A DNA stretch of 36,143 nt from Chrysochromulina tobinii (taxonomy: Eukaryota). Positions within the stretch are counted from its first letter, which is position 1; the number at the start of each line of letters is the position of its first letter. The position numbers were made by a program, and so were the translations under genes. The notes below the pieces were generated by a model. That model saw only the letters and a list, made by a program, of their open reading frames with translations. It was not told the origin of the DNA and made no database searches. The stretch is taken from assembly GCA_001275005.1 (NCBI GenBank), contig JWZX01001982.1:1-36143 (forward strand). The letters run 5' to 3'. Below, one piece after another: positions 22,979 through 32,900 of this stretch.

Positions 22979-25978
22979 CACACCTCCTTAATGACGGTCG
23001 CAATCAGAGGTCTTCAGAGGCCATCAGAGGCCATCAGAGGCGAATGAGATCGACGCACCTGGAGCGAGAGCACCTCCTGCCCGATCAGCGGCCCTCCGCG
23101 GTTCGTCACGTACGGCACCATGTTCGGCGTCAGGCACGGGCACACGCCCGGCTTGCCCGAGCCAGTCTCGCGGTCGACATTCTGCGACAGGTTCCAGATC
23201 TGCGTCTTGTACGCGCAGTCGATCCCCTTGGACACGTCACGCAGGTAATTAATGTCCATCAGGTCGAGCACCCGCTCCACCTGTGATGAGGGGGGCCATT
23301 CGCGCTCATCAGAGGCCATCAGAGGCCTTCAGAGGCCATCAGAGATCATCAGGGAGGCATGATCTCGAGTGGCGGCGCAGCGCACCTGCGCCGAGCCCCA
23401 GTCATGCCAGGCAAAGTCGGGCAGAGTCGCGTGCCCTTGGGAGACCCATCGCGTGAGCGGCCGCTTGTTGCCGAGGCACTCCTGCGTGCGCGCGCGCTCG
23501 TGGCGCGTGATACACCTTCCCCAATCGACGACCTTACGCTGGTCATTCTTGGGCTTCGAGAGCTCCATGCGGGCGCGATGCACGCGTGGGTCGTCGCTCG
23601 GCAACAGGAAAGCCTCGAGAGAGGACGAGGACGGGCGCGCCATCTCGTCAATCGACGCCTTCCACCGAGGGAGCTCGTTACAGCGCGCCCTGGTGGGCTT
23701 GGGGGCGAGGGGCGCCGCTGAGTTGCCCTCCTCGCCGCCGCCGGTGCCCGCCTCCTCGTCCGCCTCCTCGTCCGCCTCGTGGACCTTGGGTTTCGTTATC
23801 GCCTCCTTGGGCTTGGCGGCTGGTCCGCGCGCGAGGGCCGCCTTGAACCGATTGGGCGCCTTCATGTCGATTGCGAGCAGGTAGACGCGCGTGCGTGTGT
23901 GCGGCACGTAGTGGTTCTTCGTGTCGACGCGCAGAAAGGTTGCCGCGTAGCCCTCCAAGGCGTAATACTCCGTCATCTTCTCCCACGGGGCGCTGCACAC
24001 ATTCTCCTGGATGACGATGGGCGGTCGGTGGCGGCGCACCCATCCGAGCATCCCCCAGAACGTTTGGCCCGACTCGCCCTTCTGCTCGATGCCCTTCTGC
24101 TTCGTGTTCAAGTTGGAGTAGTCGACGCACGAGGTCCCCGCGATCAGCACGTCCACCTCGCCCGGCACCGGACGCTTGGCGCCGTACGCGGTGGTCGCGG
24201 CGTCGTTGCCGAGCTCGCGGATATCGCGGAAGAGCAGCGGCGGCGCAAAGTTGCGCTCGATGTACGCCTGAGAAGCAATCAGTGACGAGCAGTGACAATC
24301 AGTGGCTAGCAACGGCAATCAGTGGCAATCAGTGGCAAACGCTCGATGCACGCCTGAGGAGAAAGGCTCTCACGAACCATCAGCGGCGCTCTCAGCGGCA
24401 CTCAGGGGCTCTCAGTGGCAATCAACGGCACTCAGAGGCACCCAGAGGCTCTTGGGAGGTCATCGGGAGGTCCTCGGGTGGTCCTATCAGCAGCGTGCCG
24501 TCCTTTACCTGCTTGAACGGCTCGATCTCACAGGAGAAGACATGCTCCACGTTGATCGGCGTCCCGTGCTGCTCGTGCACCGCCTTGCAGATCAGGTCGA
24601 GCGCAAGCAGCGGCGACTCGGTCCCCGAGCACATCGTCGCCACTCGGATCGGCCGTCCCTGCAAGTCCATCGCGAGCCGCTTGAGAGAGAGACCCTCGAG
24701 GGCGCCGCCCTTGAGCTGCGCCTTGAGCTCCGCGTTCCTCACCATGTCGCGGAACATCTCGACGGGCTCGGTGATCACCGGCAGCTCATCCGACTGCTCC
24801 TCGGACATAGTGCGCGACGAGAGTTTGCGCGACGTGTCGCTCGCCGTCCACGTGGCCTGCTCCGCGCCCGGTGTCTGGCCCTTGAGGAGCGGTGCGGCTG
24901 AGCTCGCGGCTGATCTCGCGGCCTGCCGCTTGGCCGATTGGTCCGCGGCCGCCTTCGACTTGGACGCTGCGGCGGCGTCAAACGCTCCACTCGAGTCCTG
25001 CGAGCCCTTACCGGCGCGCTCCTGATCGCGTTCGCCCGCCGCATCGCCCTTGTCCTCGTCGCCGCCGTCCTCGTCGCCGTCGTCGTCGTCGTCGTCCTCG
25101 GGCGCCGCTGCCTTGGTCTTCTTCGGCGCCGCCTTGGCAACGCCCGCGCCCTTACGCGACGCCGCTGCCGCCTTCTTGGGCGCGGCCGGCGTCTTCGCCG
25201 GCGGTGCGGCAGGCGTCTTGGCCGGCGGCTTGGCCGGCGGCTTGGCCGGCGGCTTGGCCGGCGGCTTGCGCGAGCGTTTCTTTACGGGCTCTTTGAAATC
25301 GTCGTCCGAGTCGTCGACGGCCGCGGAGCCGTCCTCATCGTCCTCCGAGTCCTCATCGTCCGAACCGGACTCTTCAAAGCTCGCCGAGCTATCGTCCGAG
25401 TCCGACTCGACCTTCTTCTTGCCGCCGGCGCGCTTGGGGCGCGACGCGGCCGCCGCCTTCGAGGCTCCCGCCGCTGCCTTCTTGGGCAGCACGTCGTCCT
25501 CGTCCTCGTCCTCGTCGTCCTCTCCCGAGAGTTCCATATCGTCGAGTGCCTTCTCTTGCTTGGCGTAGTCGACGACCGGCCGTGCGCGGCGCGCGCGGCC
25601 ACCCGGGCTCTCCTGCGAGGATGTGCTCTCCGACGCGGCTTCGGCACTTGCGGCTTGAACCTTTTTGACTTCCTCGCTCGCGGCGTCCGCAACTTGCTTG
25701 ACGTTGTCGCTGAGGAGCTGGATGTACTCCGGCTCGACATCCTCCTCCTCCTCGCCATCGTCGTCGTAAAGGATGTTGAACGTGCCGTCCTGATTAACCG
25801 AGGTCACCGTGCCCTCGTACCATTTGGTCGCCTTCTCTGGCAGGACGGAGGCCATGTAGCGGGCCTTGACCCGGGCACCGGGCTTCAGCGTGCCACTCAC
25901 TGGGGCAGGCGTCTTGAAGGCGCCGCAGCCCACGTCACCAGAGGCCTTGGCACTGAGCGTGGGGGTGACCGACGACAT
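16538..25978 (-). CDS. DNMT5: DNMT5-type C5-cytosine methyltransferase / SNF2 ATPase with N-terminal Tudor-like domain (8 exons, about 2800 aa; apparent frameshift near 17410-17460)
   Basis: Exons 25978-24509, 24267-23386, 23280-23059, 22946-21646, 21490-20731, 20618-17721, 17602-17122 and 16951-16538, all GT-AG. MTase motifs ATMCSGTESP, SCEIEPFKQAYIERNF, AGTSCVDYS, QENV, PHTRTRVY, LAGNAM. SNF2 motifs GGVLADEVGYGKT, VVDEY, LSGTP, VLIFVQF, QAVGRVRRYGQ. RING-like remnant LSCCGH...C...C. Confidence 0.9.
16952..17121 (-). repeat. DNMT5 intron 7, filled with about 10-nt tandem satellite (GCACTCAGAG-like)
   Basis: The + strand reads tcagaggcac tcagaggcac tcagatgcac tcagatgcaa tcagatgcag...; GT-AG ends are on the - strand. 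Confidence 0.85.
18772..18935 (-). repeat. Coding trinucleotide repeat giving an Asp/Glu tract inside the SNF2 domain
   Basis: (TCC/TCG/GTC)n on + encodes EEDEELEVEEEDEEEEEEEEEEDEDEDED... Confidence 0.9.
20619..20730 (-). repeat. DNMT5 intron 5, built from tandem acceptor-like units
   Basis: Four copies of CTGATGAGGGAGGC on + (GCCTCCCTCATCAG on the sense strand). Confidence 0.85.
21491..21645 (-). repeat. DNMT5 intron 4 with (GGCCATCAGC/GGTCATCAGA)n decamer satellite
   Basis: About 12 decamer units at 21511-21640. Confidence 0.85.
24268..24508 (-). repeat. DNMT5 intron 1 with GGCAATCAGT/GGCACTCAG decamer satellite
   Basis: Units such as gcaatcagtg gcaatcagtg and ggcactcagg, ggcactcaga. Confidence 0.8.
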
Positions 25979-26176
25979 GTGCGTCGAGCGCCCGCAAACG
26001 ACGGTACTCGTGGTGATACGCGCCAAAAACGAATGTCGAGAACACGAAAACGTCGTCGCGGGCGTTCGATGACGCGCCGAAGTATACAGCAAGCCGCCCT
26101 GGCGTTCGCAACCGTGTTCAGAAAGTTTGGGGGCTTTCTGCCGATAGTTTCGTCACGAGACGCGACCTTCAGCAAT

Positions 26177-28929
26177 ATGCCGGCCGATCCAGGCAACACC
26201 TACCGTTCGATCGAGGCCTACCTCAAGGACCTTGAGGTGCGCCAGCAGCTCGAGAAGGCGCCGTGCGCCGCCGTCTTCATGCTCGGCTCGGAGGAGGTGC
26301 TCTCCATCCGGTACGGCAACCACCCGTGGATCGTGCGCGTGCGGTGTGAGCTGCCGACGCGGCCGCTAGGCCCGGGCGGCATGGAGGAGCCCGTGCGCGC
26401 GACATACATCGGCGCCAACTCTAACGAGGACACGCAGCGCTTCGCGGCCTTCGTCGAGGCGATGCGCACGATCGACGTCTTCTCGTGCGTGCACCTGAAG
26501 CTGGCCAAGCCGTCCGCGCGTGCGCTCGCGCACCTCGAGGAGTCGGACATTGTGTGCCTCGGCGACGGGCCGCACGTGCTGCAAACATGGAGGATGCTCT
26601 CCTTGAACGAGGAGTGCGTCCTCGAGCGCGTCAAGTGGCGCTACTACACAGGCGCCGTGCTGATCGGGCTGGGCACGGGCTGTCAGTTCCTTGGGCAGCG
26701 TTGGTGGGTGGGCGAGCCACGGCATGAGCTCGAGTCGCGCGAGGCGGCCAAGGCTGGTCAGCCCGACCCGCACGCTCACCAGCCGATCGAGGCGCGCTAC
26801 TGGGGCGAGAAGGCGACGGAGATTGTGCCGTGCCTTGTGGCGATCGACGATGCACAGGCGGAAGCGCTCGCGGAACTCCAAGGCGCGGGTGCGCTCTGCA
26901 TCGTGCTGCCGCCCAAGGGGTCCCTCATCTTCAACGTGGACGGCTGCCTCGAGCCGTGTGGCGCGCTGCTCTGCGAGTACCGGTATGATTGGAAGGCAAA
27001 GGAGGTGCGGATGGCAATCCTCTCGCCTCCGGATGAGACGACGAATGTGCTCGCATGCCTTTCGTTCCTCGAGCGGCGGACGGCACGGCGGCAGGCTCGT
27101 CGGCGCAAGGCGATCGGGCTGGTGGAGGACGCGCCGCTGCCCGAGGATGCAGCCGGTGATCCCCAGGAGGAGGGCGAGGAGGAGGAGGGCGAGGAGGAGG
27201 AGGGCGAGGAGGAGGAGGCGGAGGGCGAGGAGGCGAAAGAGGAGGCGCGCCGTGCCGAGCGCAAGGCGCGCGAGGAGAAGCATCAGTGGCGCGCACAGCT
27301 CGACAAGCGCAAGCGCGCCGAGGCCGAAGCTGAGCGTCTCACAGGTGTAACGGCTTTCAAGGCGGCGGATTGGGAAGGAGCTCTAGACGCCTTCACGAGG
27401 GCCTCTGAGCTCGCGCCCGACGACCACCGCGCTCACCTGAACCGGTCCGCTTGCTTACTGAAGCTGGGGCGCGAGCGCGAGGCCGTTCTCGCCGCCGACG
27501 TTGCGCTCCACCGATGCAAAGGCGCCGACGCGAAGGCTTGGTACCGTCGAGCGTCTGCATGGCTCGCTTCGGGCGAGTTCAACGAGTGCCTTGCGGACTT
27601 GGAGATAGCTCGGCGCATGGAGCCCGCGGATAAGGCTATAGGGACGCTCAAGGCCAAGGCTGAGGAGGAGCGCGAGACGGCCACGTTTAGCTTCTCAGTC
27701 GACCTCAAGCTCGCCCAGAATGAGGACGCCCAGGCTGCAGGCGAGCCAGTGCCGCACCCAAACCAGCTCCGGATGGGTCTGAAGCCTCGAGGCGATTTAC
27801 GCGCCGTGCGCACCATGAATGCAATCGAGGCTTTTGACGGGGCGAGCTTGACGTTGCGCGACGACACGCTCATCTTGGCGCACGCGCCGAGCCGAGCGCT
27901 CTCCGACGGAGCGACTCGGGTCCTCGCCCCGGCCTTCCTCGACCATCGCGCCCTCTTCTCTCTCGAAGCGTGCGCCAAGCGATCGTCGCTCGAGACGCTC
28001 GAGCTGCATGGCGTCGTGTTGGGCGCCTGGGGCGCGGCGTTCCTCGCGCGCGGTGCACGCCTCCAGGGAGGTGCGGGGCTCGAGCGCCTCTCTCTGGTCG
28101 AGTGTCGGCTGCGCGATGAGGGCGCCAGGTCGATTGGCTCCCTGCTCTCGAGGGGCAGTCGGCTCGTGGAGCTCGAGCTGAGCGCGAATCGAATCGGGGA
28201 TGAGGGGCTGCTCGCTCTCGCCACGGAGCTCGGTATGAATGAGTTCTTGCAGGTGCTGTGAACGGCTCGTCCCTGTGAATGCTTCTCGTCCCTGTGAACT
28301 GCATGCGTGAGCCTCACGCCTGCCTTTCCCAAACCTTCTTGCAGGTGCTGCTGCTTGCACGCAACCGGATCGGCGATAAGCGCATGGGTGCCTTGGCGAG
28401 GGCTGTGGGGCGCCACAGGGCGCTCCGATGCGTCGACCTCTCGTGCAATGCGATCCGGTTCCCAGGCGCGTGCCATCTCGCAGAAGCCGTGCGTGAGTCG
28501 GCCACGCTGCAGAAGCTGAGCCTGGCGGGCAACAAGCTGCGCGCCGATGGGGTCTTCCGTCTTGCACACGTGGCCATCGGGCACGCGAGTATGGCCGTGC
28601 TGGATCTGCGCGGTGTCGAGCTGCGCAAGGCAGACCGCCGGAAGCTCGACGGGCGCACGCGCTACACGCGGCTCACCTTTCTCATCGATCAGGGCGCGGA
28701 GGCGGATCGGGGAGCCTGGCAGGGGCGTGGCGGCGCGACGGCCCCTGGTGGAGGCGGCATGGTGATGGAAGACGAGTGCGCGCCGCCGCTGCCGCCGCCG
28801 CTGCCGCCGCCGCCGCCGGCGGCAGTGCCGGCCAGCGACGGCGCGATAGGGTCGGATGAGACGCCATCCAAGCTGAGCGTTGCAGCCTGGCTGGCCAGAG
28901 TAGGCAAGGCGGACGTAGCGTTGTATTGA
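26177..28929 (+). CDS. Peptidase-S51/class I GATase-like domain + TPR + RNI-like LRR protein, 2 exons
   Basis: ATG 26177, with intron 28253-28344 (GT-AG, phase 0). The N-domain ATYIGANS...FVEAM...LEESDIVCLGDG...RYYTGAVLIGLGTG resembles PepE/cyanophycinase-like folds. TPRs: GVTAFKAADWEGALDAFTRA, HLNRSACLLKLG, KAWYRRASA. LRRs: LERLSLVECRLRDEGA, LVELELSANRIGDEG, LQVLLLARNRIGDK, LQKLSLAGNKL. Confidence 0.8.
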
Positions 28930-29994
28930 GCAATTAGTACACGTTTCTGACGTTTCGTGTACAAATCCCTCCAAGTCGTGTATGTTAGTCGTGTGGCGTA
29001 TTAATAGACGAGAGTTCGGGCTTCGGCGTTTCAGGGGCTATTCTTGTTTCTCGTCGCTTAATAATTACGATTTCGGTATCTAGTATCGCCTATTCGATTT
29101 CGGGGTGCCCGCACGAGTAGTGCTTGGCGGCCTCGGCACCGCACGCACAGCAGCCGAGCCGCAGCGTAGAGCGTTTCGTGAGTTTTTCGTCGTTAGCTTG
29201 GTTGCTTTCATGCTTTCTGTGAAATTATAATATTATATTAACCAGTCGATCTGAAAACTCACAGAGAGACCGCGGGGAACCAAATCCTTACCGGATCCAC
29301 AGGCACGACATTGGCCCTTAACATGGCCCAGAACGCCTTGGTGTTCCGTTGCGCGTTAGCGGGCGGGTGCCGCTGCCCGGCTAGGCTATAGTTGACAGTG
29401 ACTCTGGTATGTGTAGACTATGTGTGTCCCGGCTCGGTAAGAGAGGCTTGTTAGAAAGAAACCATACCGGTCCGGCGGCTGGTCGTGCTATGCCGAACCG
29501 GCTCCCCCGGTGTCTTTTTACCGGTACCGGTAAGCACAGACCGTTACATACAAACTTGCAGAACCCCCAAAGTTTTCGGTGTACCATGGTACATTCGGAA
29601 CAGGGTAAAAGTCCTTGCCAATGGTGCTGGACGTGAGTTCGGCAAACCCTAGGCAAACCCCTCGTGCGGGCGCGCATTACCCAATGCCCTCGTCGAGCCC
29701 GATGGCCTGCTTCGCCAGCTGCTTCGCACGCCCACACCACGCTGCTCGGGGCCTCGGGAGCCAGGCGTCGCGGCAGCCTCGACTGCGCGCCGTGGTCGCT
29801 TCGAGCGTCCTCGACGCGCCCTTGCGCCACGGCCGCCGCGGCCACCCGAGCTCCGAGGGGCGTGTGGGCGCGCTGCATGCGCACCGCGACTGAGTGCACG
29901 CCGCCGCCTCTCGAGCGTCACAGCGGAGCCGCGTGCCCCCCCCCAATCCGCAGGTGTCCGAGCGGGAGAAGGCCTGTAAAGCGCGGCGGACGCG

Positions 29995-32900
29995 ATGAGC
30001 GACTCGATGGGCGAGGCCGTGTACAAGGCCGCAAGGGACGGCAAGGAGGCGGAGCTCAGGCGGCTGATCGGCCTTGGAGGGAGCGTCAACTGGCGCAATC
30101 CTGAGGTGCGCCGCCGCATGCCTCGCGTGGGTGCCCGCGTCGTCGCCGCCCCTGGTGCTTCGGTCGCCTCGCCGCCGACACGGCGCTCGCCCGACACGGC
30201 GCCATGTCCCCACAGCTTGCTGCACGGCGCGCGGCGGCGCTGGCTGTGCCGCCGACCCGCCGAGCTCGGCACACGCGTCCTCGTCGCATGGCGCGCGCCG
30301 CACCCCCGCGTGCTCGCCCACGCTCCTCGCGTTATGGCACTTGAGGACTCCGGTGAGGACTCCGGTATGCTTGTTGTGCCCAGCACGGATCCACAGCTCT
30401 GATATCGGCCGCAAACCACGGGCACGAAGGGTGCGCCCGACTTCTCCTCGAGTCCGAGGCGATCGAGGTCAACGCCACGGACGTAAGCCTCGAGCGTGCC
30501 CGCTCCCCAGCGATGGGTCCGCTTCCAACCTTCCATGTGTCGTGATTTCGTTCGTCTCCTCCCTTCTGTCTTCAGAACGGCGGAAGCTCAGCTCTGCATG
30601 GCGCGGCATACCACGGTCACCTCGCGATCGCCAAGCGTCTCCTCGAACGAGGCGCAGATCCGACGCTCCGAACCAATCCGAGGCTCGGAACCAAGCGCGA
30701 CTGGGGCAGCAAGACGGCCCTCGACAACGCAAAGAGGCAGAAAAAGTGGGAGGTCGTGGCCCTGTTGAGCGAGCCTAGGTACGCGGATGAAGACCGACCG
30801 ATGAAAGCGAATCGAACGCAGCGGCCGCGCCGTCTTGGGCACACGCCGTCGGCGGATTGCTGGCCGACGGCGAACAAACGGCGGCGACTCGCCATTGGAT
30901 GCGGCCGAGAGGACGCGACGGCCGACATGCGTCGCGTCAGAGTGCCTTGCAATTGCGCTTCCTTCCCAGGCGATGATTGATGCCGAGTGGGCGCGTGCCC
31001 AGCGCGCCGTGATGGGCACATCGGGAGTCGGCGGCACTGGCGGCCTGGGTGGCCACTCTCGTTGCGGCTGAGTTTGGCCGCACCGGCCGCGCCAAACGCT
31101 GCTGCCACTGCCTCTGGCTGCCTTGCCATCTTCACGACCACCCTTCGCAAGCCCTCGCGCTTCGTGATTGCATGCGACGACGCGCCATGCTGGGCAAAAT
31201 TGCTCAGCGCCAACAGCGTGCGTTCGCCCGTGCGCTTCGAAACAGGTGGGACACGGCGGCGGCCGCGAGAGAGGCGGAGGAAAGGGCGGCGGCGGCGGAA
31301 AGGGCGGCGGCGGAAAGGGCGGCGGCCGAGAAGGCAGCGGCGGACAAGGCGGCGGCCGACAAGGCGATGGCGGCCTTCCCTTGGTACGGCTCGGGGCTCG
31401 GGGTTTTCTCGCATTTCCCTCTCTCCTAACCCCTGTGATGGCCTTCTGTTCCTTCCTATGTTGACTCTCTCCCGTTTGCAATCCCGTGACTCATCTCGGA
31501 TGGGCTGCCCCCGCTCCCTCATCCCATCCCTCTCCCATCCCTCTCGCGCATGCAAGTGATCACCACGGCGTCTGTCTCCCTCCTCCCCTCCCCCTATCAC
31601 TCCCATCCCTGTGATGGCCACTCTAATTGCTGTGTATCCATCCCTCTCGCGCAGGCTCGGCTTCGGCCTCGCCATTCTCTATCTCTTACATATGGCTCGC
31701 ATCGCCGTGGCCTCGCCCGAGGTATCCGCCACTGCGGCATTGTACCAGAAAAGAGGGGGAGGCACGGCCCCTCGGAGCCGTCCTTTTCCTCCGTGGCCTC
31801 CGCCGCTATCGCCTCTCCCTTCGCGGCCTCCGCCATCGCCTCTCCCTTCGCGGCCTCCGCCGCCATCACATCCGCCATCACATCCGCCACCTCCACCGCC
31901 ATCCCCATCGCCTCCGCCATCCCCATTGCCTCCTCCGCCACCACCACCGCCATCCCCATCGCCTCCGCCATCCCCATTGCCTCCTCCTCCAACACGGCCA
32001 TTCCCATCGCCTCCTTCACCGCCTTCGCCTCCCCCACCGCAGCCATCTCCACCTTCGCCTCCACACGCGCCATCACTATTCGCGCTCTTCGTCTCGGATG
32101 ACGCTGGCCTTGTTTCGGAGCAGCTTGAGGATGGGCTGACTGTCACCGAGCAAGGCAAAGTTGCTGTCGGTGCGGCGGTCAGCGCGGCTACCGTTGCGGC
32201 CACGGCGGCCGTCCGCGCGGCCACCGTAGCGGCCACGGCGGCCACGCCGTACGTCTCCGCCGCGGCCGAGTCCATCAAGCTCGGTGACAACAAATCGTTG
32301 CTTGACGCGTATACGGGCATTCCGGCCGAATACCGGCCCGCTGTGGCCGTTGCGGTGCTCTTCTTCTTCTTCTTCTGTTTGCTACTGATGCTTCTGATCT
32401 GGCTGCCTGCGTGCGTGATGTGGCTTTACGGCTACGTGCGGATCGATCCCGATCCGCCGATCCCGATCCGCCGATCTAAGAACCGCTTCGCCGGCTTCGC
32501 CGTGCCACGCGTGATCACAATCGATATGTTGGAGGAATACAAGCGCCGAGTGAAATCGCTGGTTCCAAAAGGCATCAAGTACGAAGACTACTTCCCCCCA
32601 ATCGTTCTGTCGTATGCTTCGGGCCGCCGCCCCGACGATTGCGAAGGCTCCGGGCCCGGCGTGGTGTACGTCATGGGGCTGGCCGAGTTCCTCCATGATC
32701 GCGGCCTGCGGTGCTTCTCCGGGCTGCAAGTGCCCCCAGGCGTGGACTGGCAGACCTTTATGCTGCGCCTGACTGGCGAGAACGGGAAGCGTGAGAAGCC
32801 CAAGGTGCTCATCGTCCTCCTCACTGCGGCCTTGTACCAGTCCGAGCCCTGCCTGAAAGAGATTGACACGGCTATAAGGCAAGAGATACCCATCCTCCCA

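Noticed and set aside
24938..26176. N-terminal 413 aa of the 1107-aa ORF
   Set aside because: Antisense to DNMT5 exon 1, Arg-rich, and without an ATG start. The credible start is ATG 26177.
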